Part shown: piece by piece, positions 9,601 through 19,682 of the stretch
Layout of the letters: each line of letters starts with the position of its first letter
Position numbering within the stretch: the first letter of the stretch is position 1
DNA from: an uncultured Bacteroidales bacterium
Lineage (GTDB): Bacteria; Bacteroidota; Bacteroidia; Bacteroidales; VadinHA17
Assembly: GCA_963734885.1 (NCBI GenBank)
Contig: CAVTIJ010000002.1
Location: forward strand, 587,120-651,119
DNA: 64,000 bases
Direction of reading: 5' to 3'
Translations under genes and position numbers: made by a program
Notes under the pieces: generated by a model
Seen by the model: only the letters and a program-made list of their open reading frames with translations
Databases searched by the model: none
What the model was told of the DNA's origin: nothing

Positions 9601-12600
9601 AAAGTATAATTTACAGGTATTTTGCTTGCATTCTGTTCAATACTTACCGAGCTGATTTCGAATGAGCCATCGGTAGCTTCCGGAACCGTAACCCTTTCTC
9701 CCCCTTCCATAAAAGAAATATTGTATTTTCTCCATTCAGCACGCACGAGGTCGAGTTTTGCAAAACGCATTATTACAGGTTCGCTGAAACCACGAAGAAA
9801 CATTCTCATGAAACGGATTGACTTGAAATCCTTGATAGGGCCAATAACTTTCTGATAATCCGAGATCGGAACCTTAAACAGGTACCATTTTACGCTGGAT
9901 TTCTTGGAATTTGGAAAGGTAATTACAGGCGATTCAATTTCATCGACTACATAGTTTGAACCGACTTTAAGGTCTCCCGGACGCATACTGACTTTGTACT
10001 GATAGTAGCTTTCTGTTTCATTTAAAGTATTATCACGGTTAATGTCCTCCATATCGGGTAATGTCGATCCGGAAGTCGGATAAGATTCTTTCGACATCTG
10101 CGACGTTGGCGAGTTTCCTTCCTCTCCATTATATTTTTTATACCTGTCAAGTATGCCAAGCTGCTGGGCATCATAATCAGATCCCCTGAAATAATGATAA
10201 TCATCTCCCGAAGGATCTTTTTGAATTTCACTATAGGCATCAGGTGTTGTGATCAGCAATGCTTTCTGAAGATAACTGGCGAAGAAAGTTTGTTCGTCCT
10301 GATCCATCAGTCCATCGAGCCCGACGTCCTGAAACAGTCTTGATTCAGGGGCATTGTCAAAAGCATGGACCACCGCCTGCACCGTTGGTACCCTGCCCCA
10401 TGCAGTTGTGTCGACATTTTTAACAACTGGCGAATTGGGGAGTCCGTTTTCAAAGCTTTTCCGGGAATCGCGAAGAATATCTTCAGAGATATCCCCAAGA
10501 TTAAAATAAAGATCTCCTCCTGCCCCATTTGGATTCTCGACAAACGGGTCCATAACCCAGAATTGAACATATTGCACGTTTGCAGATTCAAAATCGCTGG
10601 TAAGCACCTCTCTCATTATACCGCCCCATCTTGATTGAGGTTCATTCAATTTCCCAGCTGAATTCATTCCTGCTGAATAGGGGCCCGGGGATGTATCATA
10701 ATTATAAGGCCCTTTTTCTTCAGGATAATATGCAAGGTTCAGTACTGCAATATTCGTAGGGATTCCGCTCGGACTCTCTATGTTTGGAAAAATTTCATTT
10801 TCATAGATTTCGCGTACAAAATGACTCGATTGTTCATCGGGATGCTGTTTGATATAATCGGGTGTGGATGATCCGTTTCGCAGAAAAAGAGGATCAATTA
10901 CATACCAGGCTAGTTTAGCCCGGTTAAAACCGCTCACTAAATTATTATTGAATTTAGCCTCAGGGAAGAACTGATCCTGACCCTGCGGTACGCTTGAAAT
11001 AGTCCAGGCATTAAATGATTTGAGATCGAGAGGAATTTCGCTTGCTTCAAAATCATCTATGTATGCATTACCAGCGTTTGTAATAGCTTTTGAATGTCCG
11101 GGAATAAGATTTGCAAATTCACCAAAGAAAGAGAGTGAAGAAGGAGTTTTTGTATTTAGAAGTGGTATTTTATCAATTATCTTTGTAAGTAGTTGTGATT
11201 CTGTCTTATATGAAGTATTTAAGCCCCATATTGTATTTGAGATCGGTTCTTCTCCATAATTCACCTTCTGTGTATAGGGTCTTTCTGTAAGATGCAATAT
11301 TGTAGCCCCGATGTCGAAGTTCTCAGAGGCACGATAATCGAGATGAGTCCCGACGAGTGTTTTTGTCTGGAATCCAAAGAACTGGTTATTCTCCAATGAA
11401 ACCTGAATCGGTGTCTGCGACTCAATCAGTGCACTGTTAATGATAGTCACCGTTCCCATATTATAGTCGACAGTATAGTCGGTGTTTTCAACCAGCGGAA
11501 CTCCCCCGGCAGTGACCTTAACAGAATTTTGAGGGATGTTCGAAGCATTTAACCTTATTACCGAACCTGATTGAGATGAATATTGTCCTTTAAGGGTAAA
11601 TTTATTTTTTTCAGCCATTTGTCGCGCTATGGTCTGTGTTGAATCATATAATTCCTGAAAAACATATTTGCTTGCCAGAGCAGGATTCCCGATTTTATTT
11701 TTCAGATAACTCCCAAAGGGTTCAATCTCGGGAAAAATAATCTTCCCTCTGTCAACCATAACAGTCACCCCATCAATGAAATCGAAAAAACCATCTGGTT
11801 GCTGATCTAGCTGAGAATTAAGATTATCCAGATTTAATACCTGCAAAAGAACTTTATTCGCCAGGTTTCCTTCAGGAATATAGTTAATGGAATTTCCCGT
11901 TTTATCATCCTGATAAAGCACGTTGAGTACAAAATCCTTTTTATCAAGCTTCCCTGATCCCAAAGAGTAAATATTTTTCATCATCAGATTCCAGGTCGGC
12001 AATTTTGGGCTCAGGGTGGTTCCCTTAATGAGTTTCAGCACCAATGTCTGTGGCGCCGTTATACCATCTGTTGAAAACTCACCCACCTTATAAATTTTGC
12101 CTCCGTATGTGTATTCATAAGCAACAGCGAGTACTTCATCGGTATTCAACGCAGTATTTAGTGAAATATATCCAAGCTTGGTGTTGATATCATATTCGCG
12201 TTCATCAAGCTTTCTCGCGTTCTCAATCTTTTCAAAATCCCTTCCAATCTGAAATCCGGGATATAAAGGGGCAAATGCATTTGTAACCTGATTGACATTC
12301 CGGATCATTCCATAAGAAGTAGTTAACTCATTATACATCTTATTTGCCTCATTATCAGGATATACAGAAGATCCTGCGGCTGCCTGGAAGGCCGGTACTT
12401 TATTGAAGATGTGCTTTGAATTTTCAGCTAAGTCGATGAAAGCAACAATGTTCCTGTTGCTGGCGTCTTCAAAACTGCTTTGTTTATTAGTAACCCATAC
12501 TTCAATCCTCTGTATGTTAACTCCCGAACTAACGACAGGCATATTCTTGAGCGATTCATCGTATGTATCCCTGAAGAATTGAGATAAAAAGAAATGCCTG

Positions 12601-13535
12601 TTCGCTTCGTAATCATCAGCAAAAACTTCATAATCCGTCAGCTGAGCTCCTCCCTTCGCCTGGATTACTGATGATTGACCTTTTTGCTGGGATAAAACCG
12701 TAGTGACAGTAAGCTTTCCGAATTGCATTTCTGTTTTCAGACCAAACAGACTATAACTGCCTGTAATGAGTGTACCGGCAAGCGGAAGAGTGACATCACC
12801 AGCTTCAACTTTCTTCAGAATTTCGTCTTCCTTCCCTGCATACTGAAGCTTGGTCCGGTTTTCAAATTCGAACATTGCATCGGTATTATAATTTACGCCC
12901 AGGGTCATTTTGTCACCGATGGTTCCGGTGACATTCATCTGAATTTTTTCCTTGAAATCGAATGTCGGAATCGTCTGAAGCTTAACCGGAAGGGTGGGAT
13001 TTTCCGTCTTTGAAATATTAATTCCGAAGATCAGTTCAGCAGAGCCCTGCGGAACTATATTTATTGTATTGCTGCCAAATATTTTATCGAATGCTGCTCC
13101 GCCAATTTCGATCTGAGGTATCAGATTTGATTTAAATCCGGCTTCAGCACCCGAAATACGGGATTGCCAGTAATCACGCATTGCTTTTGCGTATGCATAC
13201 TTCCTGAATTCTTCAGGATCCATGTGAACCGGGGGGCGATAATCGAAGGCTCCTACTTTCTCATATAAGATATATTCATTCTTAACGGGATCGTAGATAG
13301 CAATAGTTTTAATGTTGGAGGGTTTGTCAAGGAAAAGAGGAGCCTTTTGTTGAGGTTCCCAGGGTATTCCTTTGTCGTCATTCAGCTTCAGGATCGATTT
13401 TCGGGTCGTAGTATCCCGGGCAACATTTTGCGACGCAGCTTGACTACTTACTTCTGTTGGTATTATTAGGAAAGAAGTTAAAAGTAGAAGATACGAAAAT
13501 ATCAGAATATTCTTATGTGATATCCCTGATCCCAA
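6603..13535 (-). CDS. sprA: T9SS translocon / cell surface gliding protein SprA (main body)
   Basis: 2310 aa with a signal peptide. The size and position immediately downstream of ruvA match Bacteroidota sprA. The only possible start is TTG at 13535, because a TAA lies 3 codons upstream. Confidence 0.88.
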   Translation of the reverse strand: MGSGISHKNILIFSYLLLLTSFLIIPTEVSSQAASQNVARDTTTRKSILKLNDDKGIPWEPQQKAPLFLDKPSNIKTIAIYDPVKNEYILYEKVGAFDYRPPVHMDPEEFRKYAYAKAMRDYWQSRISGAEAGFKSNLIPQIEIGGAAFDKIFGSNTINIVPQGSAELIFGINISKTENPTLPVKLQTIPTFDFKEKIQMNVTGTIGDKMTLGVNYNTDAMFEFENRTKLQYAGKEDEILKKVEAGDVTLPLAGTLITGSYSLFGLKTEMQFGKLTVTTVLSQQKGQSSVIQAKGGAQLTDYEVFADDYEANRHFFLSQFFRDTYDESLKNMPVVSSGVNIQRIEVWVTNKQSSFEDASNRNIVAFIDLAENSKHIFNKVPAFQAAAGSSVYPDNEANKMYNELTTSYGMIRNVNQVTNAFAPLYPGFQIGRDFEKIENARKLDEREYDINTKLGYISLNTALNTDEVLAVAYEYTYGGKIYKVGEFSTDGITAPQTLVLKLIKGTTLSPKLPTWNLMMKNIYSLGSGKLDKKDFVLNVLYQDDKTGNSINYIPEGNLANKVLLQVLNLDNLNSQLDQQPDGFFDFIDGVTVMVDRGKIIFPEIEPFGSYLKNKIGNPALASKYVFQELYDSTQTIARQMAEKNKFTLKGQYSSQSGSVIRLNASNIPQNSVKVTAGGVPLVENTDYTVDYNMGTVTIINSALIESQTPIQVSLENNQFFGFQTKTLVGTHLDYRASENFDIGATILHLTERPYTQKVNYGEEPISNTIWGLNTSYKTESQLLTKIIDKIPLLNTKTPSSLSFFGEFANLIPGHSKAITNAGNAYIDDFEASEIPLDLKSFNAWTISSVPQGQDQFFPEAKFNNNLVSGFNRAKLAWYVIDPLFLRNGSSTPDYIKQHPDEQSSHFVREIYENEIFPNIESPSGIPTNIAVLNLAYYPEEKGPYNYDTSPGPYSAGMNSAGKLNEPQSRWGGIMREVLTSDFESANVQYVQFWVMDPFVENPNGAGGDLYFNLGDISEDILRDSRKSFENGLPNSPVVKNVDTTAWGRVPTVQAVVHAFDNAPESRLFQDVGLDGLMDQDEQTFFASYLQKALLITTPDAYSEIQKDPSGDDYHYFRGSDYDAQQLGILDRYKKYNGEEGNSPTSQMSKESYPTSGSTLPDMEDINRDNTLNETESYYQYKVSMRPGDLKVGSNYVVDEIESPVITFPNSKKSSVKWYLFKVPISDYQKVIGPIKDFKSIRFMRMFLRGFSEPVIMRFAKLDLVRAEWRKYNISFMEGGERVTVPEATDGSFEISSVSIEQNASKIPVNYTLPPGFNRVTDPQNPQLRQLNEQSMVLKVMNLEDGDARAAFKNINLDIRDYRKLRMEVHAEAMIGQPLHDDDLTAFIRIGSDYKGNFYEYEIPLKLTPPGHYDNNSEDDRAKVWPAENSFIIDLSVLQAAKQERNRQMNLPGSSLSATDVFVYQNGTARVSVSGNPNMSNIKVIMIGVRNPIKTRSRSTDDGQPKYAEVWVNELRLSDFIEDGGWAANTHFQARLADLGTIDMVGQASTPGWGSLEKKINERSKEDVLKYDISSSVELGKFFPEKIGVRLPVYVGYSETRIKPKFNPLDPDILLSDALNAAKNKAVKDSILNIAEDYSRRKTITISNAGITKRGEKPHVWDPANLSVNYTYNEIFSSNTNTQINLEKDYRGGLNYDFQAQPKNIMPFRNVSFLNGSAFKIIKDFNFYAFPKSLSFRTDLSRTYNELITRNIDNPYLMVTPSFKKDFEWSRIYDFKYDVTRQLKFDFTATDLARIDEPGGGVDRKRYATTYNNWRDSVIGNLRRGGRTTTYNHFINVTYTLPVNKLPLLSWVNANARYSTDYTWLAGPLFPDSLHINLGNSIKNHSEMTFTAMAALSSLYTKLKFLKNIENNTMPGAAQKMKSELRTVTYTRDNVSFKANVAKAINHNLKSKDLKVKIVGKNGVEVKGKIDIISENRINFTSAQQVDGAKVVVEGKIKKNRDPFIVAGEYLIRAVMGIRSVSLTYMTSQGQFLPGYAPETSFLGMSNYNGNLAPGWPFILGYSDRNFFDRAVTKGWLSRDTLLNTPAIYDNKRELSLRSLVEPFPGLRIDIDANRRFLESESAYYIADHNGNFPDSTRNRMINGNFSMSIISWGTSFEKISKSNDYVSPAFEAFKNDIVIISERRAAARQRIDPNYDPNIDPITGQPITGPYKSGYGQTSSEVLIPAFIAAYTKSNPNKIGLETFPSAFKMMPNWRINFDGLSKFDFVQNVFRSINLTHQYRSTYQIGSYTTNLNYSLDEDGISRLRDLQE

Positions 13536-13554
13536 TCCGGCTTATATTCAAGAA

Positions 13555-14136
13555 TTACATGTTTTTAAGCGCTCTCTTTATCAAATCCTCAACCGTAAGG
13601 TTTTTCTCATCTTTGGTTATCTTGTCAAGGACTTTTGAGACAGCACTTTTGGCAAATCCCAGCATTACTAATGCAGATAACGCTTCATCGCGTTTTGTAT
13701 TGTCTGCAAATGCAAATATTTCACCGCTTCCGGTATGCTTGCCGAGTTTGTCTTTAAGGTCAACAATAATTCTTTGCGCAGTTTTTAAGCCTATTCCTTT
13801 TACGCTTTTCAGGAGATTTACATCGGACCCCAGAACGGCCTTTTCAATTTCGACCGGACTGAGAGAAGAGAGCATCATTCTTGCCGTATTAGCTCCGACA
13901 CCGGAAACAGAGATCAGTGACCTGAAAACATCTCGTTCCTCATCTTCCGCAAATCCGAAAAGCTGGTGACTGTCTTCCCTGATTACTTCATGAATAAGAA
14001 CTTTATATTCTTTCATGTTTTCAAGCCTGGAAAAAGTTGAGAGCGAGATATTAACAAGATAACCTATCCCTCCTGTTTCCATTATCAGGAAAGTAGGTGT
14101 GATCCGGGTTATTGCACCATTAATATAATCTATCAT
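13555..14136 (-). CDS. ruvA: Holliday junction branch migration protein RuvA
   Basis: 193 aa with N-terminus MIDYINGAI...GGIGY and HhH motifs (GVGANTA, KGIGLKTAQRI). Confidence 0.93.
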   Translation of the reverse strand: MIDYINGAITRITPTFLIMETGGIGYLVNISLSTFSRLENMKEYKVLIHEVIREDSHQLFGFAEDEERDVFRSLISVSGVGANTARMMLSSLSPVEIEKAVLGSDVNLLKSVKGIGLKTAQRIIVDLKDKLGKHTGSGEIFAFADNTKRDEALSALVMLGFAKSAVSKVLDKITKDEKNLTVEDLIKRALKNM

Positions 14137-14139
14137 AAT

Positions 14140-15240
14140 TTATTGCTCAGGATTAAATATATCAGGTGGAAGTTCATCGATACGATCACTGTGTATTTCA
14201 ATATCCTGATGTTTCAGGGGATTTTTTGATATCTCTTTATACATCTCCCTGTTCCTGAAGATATCGCATGCAAGATAAATTGCCTGTCTGAATGAATTTT
14301 CTGACGCTTCGCCCTTCCCTGCAAGTGAAAAAGCAGTCCCATGTACAGGTGATGTTCTTATAAAAGGCAAACCTGCAGTGAAGTTAACTCCTGAATCAAA
14401 TGAGAGAGCCTTAAACGGAGTGAGCCCCTGATCGTGATACATAGCAAGTATTCCATCAAATTTTGAAAATGAACCTGCACCGAAAAATCCATCTGCCGGA
14501 AACGGACCAAAGGCCATAATACCTTCTTTTTGCGACTGTTGTATTGCCGGATCAATAATCTCGGCTTCTTCTGATCCAAGAAGTGAATTATCTCCTGCGT
14601 GAGGATTCAGCCCCAGTACAGCAATCCTTGGTTTGCGTATGCCGAAATCAAGAATGAGAGATTGATTCATCAATCTTATCTTCTTCAACAAAGTTTCGAT
14701 TGTTATTAATCCCGAAACTTTACTCAGAGGTACATGGTCAGTAACAATTCCTATCCTCATGCTCTCACTGATCATAAACATGAGGGCCTCTGAAGATCCT
14801 GCCACTGATTTAAGATAATCTGTATGGCCTTTAAAATGAAAGTTTTCTGATTGCACATTTTGCTTATCAATTGGCGCTGTGATGAGAACATCAATTTTCC
14901 CGTTTTTCAGATCGTCCACGGCTTTTTCGAGAGAGATCAATGCAGCTTCCCCGCCCTGTGGAGTTGATTTGCCCAATTCAACCCTGATATTGTCATCAAG
15001 ACAATTTATCATATTGGCCTTCTTTGCATGAGCTTCTTCTGGCACTCTAATATTGTTAAAGCTGAAATTATTAACATTCAATGCTTTACGATGATAGGCA
15101 GCGACCTTTGGAGAACCATAAACGATGGGAGTACAAATATCATTAATTGTCGGATCAGAGAGGGCTTTAATAATGACCTCATATCCGATACCATTGATAT
15201 CTCCATGTGAGATCCCTGCAAGTATTGTTTTCTTTTCCAT
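14140..15240 (-). CDS. pdxA: 4-hydroxythreonine-4-phosphate dehydrogenase
   Basis: 366 aa with GDINGIGYEV, LNPHAGDN and SPVHGTAF motifs. Confidence 0.9.
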   Translation of the reverse strand: MEKKTILAGISHGDINGIGYEVIIKALSDPTINDICTPIVYGSPKVAAYHRKALNVNNFSFNNIRVPEEAHAKKANMINCLDDNIRVELGKSTPQGGEAALISLEKAVDDLKNGKIDVLITAPIDKQNVQSENFHFKGHTDYLKSVAGSSEALMFMISESMRIGIVTDHVPLSKVSGLITIETLLKKIRLMNQSLILDFGIRKPRIAVLGLNPHAGDNSLLGSEEAEIIDPAIQQSQKEGIMAFGPFPADGFFGAGSFSKFDGILAMYHDQGLTPFKALSFDSGVNFTAGLPFIRTSPVHGTAFSLAGKGEASENSFRQAIYLACDIFRNREMYKEISKNPLKHQDIEIHSDRIDELPPDIFNPEQ

Positions 15241-15246
15241 AAGTTC

Positions 15247-16704
15247 TTATTTCTTTTCAGTATAGTTGGATACCATTCTCCTGAGAAACGCCGAAAGTAA
15301 CCTCAGACCCGACGCAGTTCCGTTTTTTGACCTGTAAAAATCATCTTTCTTCAGCATTTCTGTCCCGGCAATATCCAGATGTATCAATGGATATTCTGCA
15401 AATTTTTCAAGAAATTTGCCGGCAATAATTGCACCTGCCTCACGACCTCCGACATTTTTCATATCAGCAATATCCGATTTAAGCAGTTCGCCGTATTCAT
15501 CCCAGAATGGCAGTTCTGCAATTCTCTCATACACATCATTGCCGCATTCTCTCAGTAAATCGATATATTTTGAGTCGGCATTTGTCATCACTGCTATGCC
15601 CTGGTTCGCAAATGTCATAGCTGCTGATCCTGTGAGGGTAGCAATATCAATTATCAATTGAGGCTTATATTTCGACGCGTAGCTGATTGCATCTGCAAGA
15701 ATCATTCTTCCTTCAGCGTCGGTATTTCCTATCTCAACAGTTGACTTGTTGTACATGGTTATTATATCACCCTGCGTATATGCATTGCCTCCTGGCCTGT
15801 TATCTGTTGAAGGGATCAATCCTATAACATAGAGCGGCAGTTTCGTTTTAGCTATCGCCTGCATAACACCGGCAACTGTTGCGGCACCAGCCATATCTCC
15901 GTTCATGCCGGCCATAAAATCACCGGTTTTAATATTTAATCCGCCCGTATCATAAACCACACCTTTCCCAACGAGAACAACAGGCTTTTTATTGACACTG
16001 TTTGCCGGATGCCATTCGAGAATACAGAAAACCGGCGGATCAACACTCCCTTTATTTACCGCCAGGAGGCCTCCCATTTTCAGAGCCTCAATTTTTCCTT
16101 TTGTCAAAACCTCAACTTTGAAACCTGATGATTCGCCCGACTTCCTGATTTCCTCAGACAGACCAGTTGCATTCAACTGGTTCACAGGCTCCTGGATCAG
16201 ATTTCGTGAAAAATAAACTGCGTCTGTAAGGTTAACCAGCCAGGCTATTTCTGAATCTGAAGCTTTACTGTCGAGCAAAAGGGTCTCAGGATATTTCTTC
16301 CTGTCATCCTTTTCTTCCCTGGTTTTGTATTTATCAAATGAATAAAAACTGAGAAGCAGTCCTTCGGCAAAATCCTCGACTGCTTCTTTATATGCATTAT
16401 CCGAAGTAATTACAAGTTCTTTGTGATTGTTATCTTTGATCAGCTTTTTCAATTTATATGACGATTTCCTGAGTTCCTCCCTCACTTTGTAATGCGGAAC
16501 ATCCTTTTTCAAAGTGACGATATAAATAAACCTGCTGTAAGAATTAATAATGATCTTTTCGTCTCCTGCTGCGACTTTAGCTTTGACAAAATCTTTTTCC
16601 TGTTTATTTAGTTTTAATTTATCAGGAATCTGATCGCTTCCCATGATGCATACAACAGATTGGTCAGGTGTAAATTGTGATATTTTTTGAATTTGAGATT
16701 TCAT
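15247..16704 (-). CDS. pepA: leucyl aminopeptidase, peptidase family M17
   Basis: 485 aa with VGKGVVYDTGG and NTDAEGRMILADA signatures. Confidence 0.9.
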   Translation of the reverse strand: MKSQIQKISQFTPDQSVVCIMGSDQIPDKLKLNKQEKDFVKAKVAAGDEKIIINSYSRFIYIVTLKKDVPHYKVREELRKSSYKLKKLIKDNNHKELVITSDNAYKEAVEDFAEGLLLSFYSFDKYKTREEKDDRKKYPETLLLDSKASDSEIAWLVNLTDAVYFSRNLIQEPVNQLNATGLSEEIRKSGESSGFKVEVLTKGKIEALKMGGLLAVNKGSVDPPVFCILEWHPANSVNKKPVVLVGKGVVYDTGGLNIKTGDFMAGMNGDMAGAATVAGVMQAIAKTKLPLYVIGLIPSTDNRPGGNAYTQGDIITMYNKSTVEIGNTDAEGRMILADAISYASKYKPQLIIDIATLTGSAAMTFANQGIAVMTNADSKYIDLLRECGNDVYERIAELPFWDEYGELLKSDIADMKNVGGREAGAIIAGKFLEKFAEYPLIHLDIAGTEMLKKDDFYRSKNGTASGLRLLSAFLRRMVSNYTEKK

Positions 16705-16773
16705 TTTTTTATCCTTTGGCTTACAAGGACGTAAAGTTAAATAAATAATTGAATGTTAGAAGCGCCGGAGGTG

Positions 16774-16840
16774 GGAAGTCAGAAGACGGAAGTCGGAAGA
16801 TTTCCTTACTTTTGCTTCGGACTTCGGTCTCCTGACTTCC
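16774..16840. repeat. word-repeat hairpin element (GGAAGTC words)
   Basis: ggaagtcagaagacggaagtcggaag (16774-16799) is an imperfect inverted repeat of cttcggacttcggtctcctgacttcc (16815-16840). It lies in the divergent pepA / radical-SAM gene intergenic region. Confidence 0.7.
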
Positions 16841-16865
16841 AACAAATTGATTAATCATATCAAAC

Positions 16866-17948
16866 ATGAGTCTAGAGCATCTATACGATAAAGCAATAAA
16901 CCTGGTACCGTTGAGTGTTTCTGAGGGACTTTCACTTTATAGAGCACCGATAGAGGAGCTCATGTTTATAGCAAATAAACTCAGGCAGATACATAATCCG
17001 GGAAAGATAGTCGGGTGGATGATCGACAGGAATGTGAACATAACAAATGTATGTTTTTCCCAGTGTTCCTTTTGTAATTTCTGCAGGAAGAAAACATCAG
17101 ATGATGCATATGTAACAACCATACCGGAGTATATTTCCAAAATCGATGAGATGTATTCGCTTGGTGGTGATCAGCTTCTGTTACAAGGCGGAATGAACCC
17201 AGATCTGGGCCTTGAATTTTATACCGGCCTTTTCAGGAATCTCAAAAAGATGTATCCCACTCTCAAACTGCATGCTCTCGGACCTCCGGAAATTGTCCAC
17301 CTTGCGCATAAGGAAAAGGCAACTAATTCTAAAATATTAAGTGCACTGATTGATGCAGGACTCGATAGTCTGCCAGGCGCCGGTGCAGAAATACTTTGTG
17401 ATCGTGTGAGACGGATTGTTTCTCCGGCTAAGGCATCAACGGAGGAATGGCTCAGCGTGATGGAAGATGCTCATAAACTCAATTTGCCGACATCGGCAAC
17501 TATGATGTTTGGCCATGTTGAAAAAATTGAGGAAAGAATTGAACATCTTATCCGTTTACGCGATCTGCAGGCAATTAAACCTGAAGGACATTTCGGATTC
17601 ATCACGTTCATTCCATGGGCTTTCCAGGATGAAGGAACAGTGTTGTTAAATAAAAGAGGCATTCGGAGCAGCTATAATGCCCCTGATTATATCAGGATGA
17701 TTGCAATAAGCAGGATAATTTTAAACAACATTAAAAATATACAGGCATCCATACTCACTGTAGGCAGGGATATTGGGATGCTGTCGCTCCATTCCGGAGC
17801 GAATGACCTTGGTTCAATAATGATTGAGGAGAATGTGGTTAGTGTAGCAGGTTCTCATAATCGCTTCAATGCCAGTGAAATGCAGGAAATCATAAAAGAA
17901 GCAGGTTTTGTACCGGGGAGAAGGAATCAGAAATACGAATTGATATGA
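16866..17948 (+). CDS. radical SAM enzyme of the MqnC/MqnE/CofH family (futalosine menaquinone pathway type)
   Basis: 360 aa with the CX3CX2C cluster motif CFSQCSFC near residue 63. Size and overall pattern fit MqnC/MqnE. I cannot separate the subfamilies by eye. Confidence 0.7.
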   Translation: MSLEHLYDKAINLVPLSVSEGLSLYRAPIEELMFIANKLRQIHNPGKIVGWMIDRNVNITNVCFSQCSFCNFCRKKTSDDAYVTTIPEYISKIDEMYSLGGDQLLLQGGMNPDLGLEFYTGLFRNLKKMYPTLKLHALGPPEIVHLAHKEKATNSKILSALIDAGLDSLPGAGAEILCDRVRRIVSPAKASTEEWLSVMEDAHKLNLPTSATMMFGHVEKIEERIEHLIRLRDLQAIKPEGHFGFITFIPWAFQDEGTVLLNKRGIRSSYNAPDYIRMIAISRIILNNIKNIQASILTVGRDIGMLSLHSGANDLGSIMIEENVVSVAGSHNRFNASEMQEIIKEAGFVPGRRNQKYELI

Positions 17949-17958
17949 CAGCTGGCTG

Positions 17959-17985
17959 AGCGAAGTTTTCAAACTTCGCTTTTTA
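17959..17985 (+). terminator. intrinsic terminator after the radical SAM gene
   Basis: agcgaagttt/aaacttcgct is a perfect 10-nt complement around a short loop, followed by ttttatttt. Confidence 0.65.
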
Positions 17986-18051
17986 TTTTACGGCGAAATG
18001 TTTTGGCGAAGTCTGAAGACTTCGACAAGCCAGGATTTGAAATCCAGCCAC

Positions 18052-18086
18052 AAAAAAACCTGCATCTCGGATAATGCAGGTTTTTT
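18052..18086. terminator. bidirectional intrinsic terminator (tatA side has T7)
   Basis: Sequence aaaaaaacctgcat-ctcggata-atgcaggtttttt. The stem is flanked by an A-run and a T-run between convergent genes. Confidence 0.7.
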
Positions 18087-18108
18087 GGAAATATTGTTAA
18101 TATCAGAT

Positions 18109-18285
18109 TTAGTCTTTGTGCGCAACTTCCTTCTCGTCTTCAGCAGGATCATACTTTGAAGCTTTCTTGAATTCCTTCATGCCCTGGCCAATGCCTTTCA
18201 TAAGTTCAGGAATCTTACGTCCACCAAAAAGCAGCACTACTACAAGTAATATCAGTAATATTTCTGTCATTCCTAAATTGCCCAT
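18109..18285 (-). CDS. tatA: twin-arginine translocase subunit TatA/E
   Basis: My own translation gives [58 protein letters not shown] (58 aa). It is below the ORF-track cutoff but has the canonical TatA TM plus FGGRKIPEL hinge. Confidence 0.85.
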   Translation of the reverse strand: MGNLGMTEILLILLVVVLLFGGRKIPELMKGIGQGMKEFKKASKYDPAEDEKEVAHKD

Positions 18286-18350
18286 CTCTTTTAGTTTTAG
18301 ATTATATACAAAGGTAAAAATACTTTCTTTATTTACAAATTACGAAAAAA

Positions 18351-19682
18351 CTATTTCTTTAATAGCCGCAGGACATCATTCCCGTTAGCATATAACAAAA
18401 GCGCCAGTAATAAAATCATTCCCGCTATCTGTGCATATTCGAGAAACTTATCACTCGGCTTCTTCCCAGTAACTACTTCAAATAACAGGAAGAGAACATG
18501 ACCACCATCAAGAGCCGGTATAGGAAGTATATTCATTATTGCAAGTATTATCGAAAGAAACGCTGTAAGATCCCAGAATGCCTGCCAGTCCCATACTCCG
18601 GGGAATATGCTTCCAATAGTAATAAATCCGCCCAACGACTCATATCCTTTAGTGTGACGTGAAAAGATGAGCTTGAATTGCTTAAGGTAATTCCTGATTG
18701 TTTTAACTCCTTTTTGAATGCCGGCGGGTATTGATTGAAAGAACCCGTATTTTAATGTTTTAAGATCAAAGATCTGAGCAAAGGAAATGGTCCTGTTTAT
18801 TCCCAGCAACCCGGCAGCAGTGGGTTTTACAGTGATGTTGATGGTATCTCCTTTTCGAAGAAGATTCAGATTAAGCGGACGATCTTTATTTTCAGCGACA
18901 TATTTTTGAAATTCATCGAAATAATTGAATTTTTTATTATCCAGGCCAAGGACCTGGTCGCCAATATGAACACCTGCTTCTTTCCCTGGTGATTCTTTTC
19001 CGAAGGTAGAAACGATAAAAGGTCCGAAAGGGGCTCTTGGTTCAATCTGGCCTTTTCCTTTCAGCATCTTGGGAACAAATTCGGGTGGGATATTAATGTT
19101 TACGATTTCACCATTGCGATCAACCTGGATTGATTTACGGTTGTTCAAAGCAATGTTTGAGCTGATCTCCATGAAATTCTCGATATGCTTGTTATCGACA
19201 GATATAATCTTATCTCCGTTTCTCAGGCCAATTGCATATCCAACCGAATCCGTTACAATTCCGTATTTAACATTTGACGTTGGCAGATAGGTCTCACCCC
19301 ATGCATATAAGACAAGAATATAGATCAGCATCGCTGAGATAAAATTGAACAAAACGCCTCCTGTCATTATGAGAAGTCGCTGCCATGATGTTTTCGATCT
19401 GAACTCATAAGGCTGCGGCGGAAGTTTCATCTGCTCCTTGTCCATTGATTCATCGATCATTCCTGAAATCTTTACATAACCGCCCAGAGGAAGCCAGCCT
19501 ATTCCGTATTCCGTTTCACCTTTCTTGTATTTAAATAAGGAGAACCATGGATCGAAAAAGAGATAAAATTTTTCAACTCTTGTTCTAAAAAGTTTTGCAA
19601 ATGTAAAATGTCCGAATTCATGTATTATTACAAGAATTGAAAGGCTCATTACAAATTGCAGGATCTTGATAAGTATTGTCAT
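18351..19682 (-). CDS. rseP: RIP site-2 zinc metalloprotease RseP (M50)
   Basis: 443 aa with HEFGHF, a PDZ-like middle region and NILPIPALDGGH. Confidence 0.9.
   Translation of the reverse strand: MTILIKILQFVMSLSILVIIHEFGHFTFAKLFRTRVEKFYLFFDPWFSLFKYKKGETEYGIGWLPLGGYVKISGMIDESMDKEQMKLPPQPYEFRSKTSWQRLLIMTGGVLFNFISAMLIYILVLYAWGETYLPTSNVKYGIVTDSVGYAIGLRNGDKIISVDNKHIENFMEISSNIALNNRKSIQVDRNGEIVNINIPPEFVPKMLKGKGQIEPRAPFGPFIVSTFGKESPGKEAGVHIGDQVLGLDNKKFNYFDEFQKYVAENKDRPLNLNLLRKGDTINITVKPTAAGLLGINRTISFAQIFDLKTLKYGFFQSIPAGIQKGVKTIRNYLKQFKLIFSRHTKGYESLGGFITIGSIFPGVWDWQAFWDLTAFLSIILAIMNILPIPALDGGHVLFLLFEVVTGKKPSDKFLEYAQIAGMILLLALLLYANGNDVLRLLKK

Noticed and set aside
13457-13969. 170 aa plus-strand ORF
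   Set aside because: It is antisense to the well-supported ruvA and sprA start region and has low-complexity Ser/Leu-rich content typical of shadow ORFs. The same reasoning applies to 20199..20618 (inside dxr), 24133..24687 (across DUF1080/FISUMP), 2231..3319 (inside GH65) and 38425..38865 (inside glpK).
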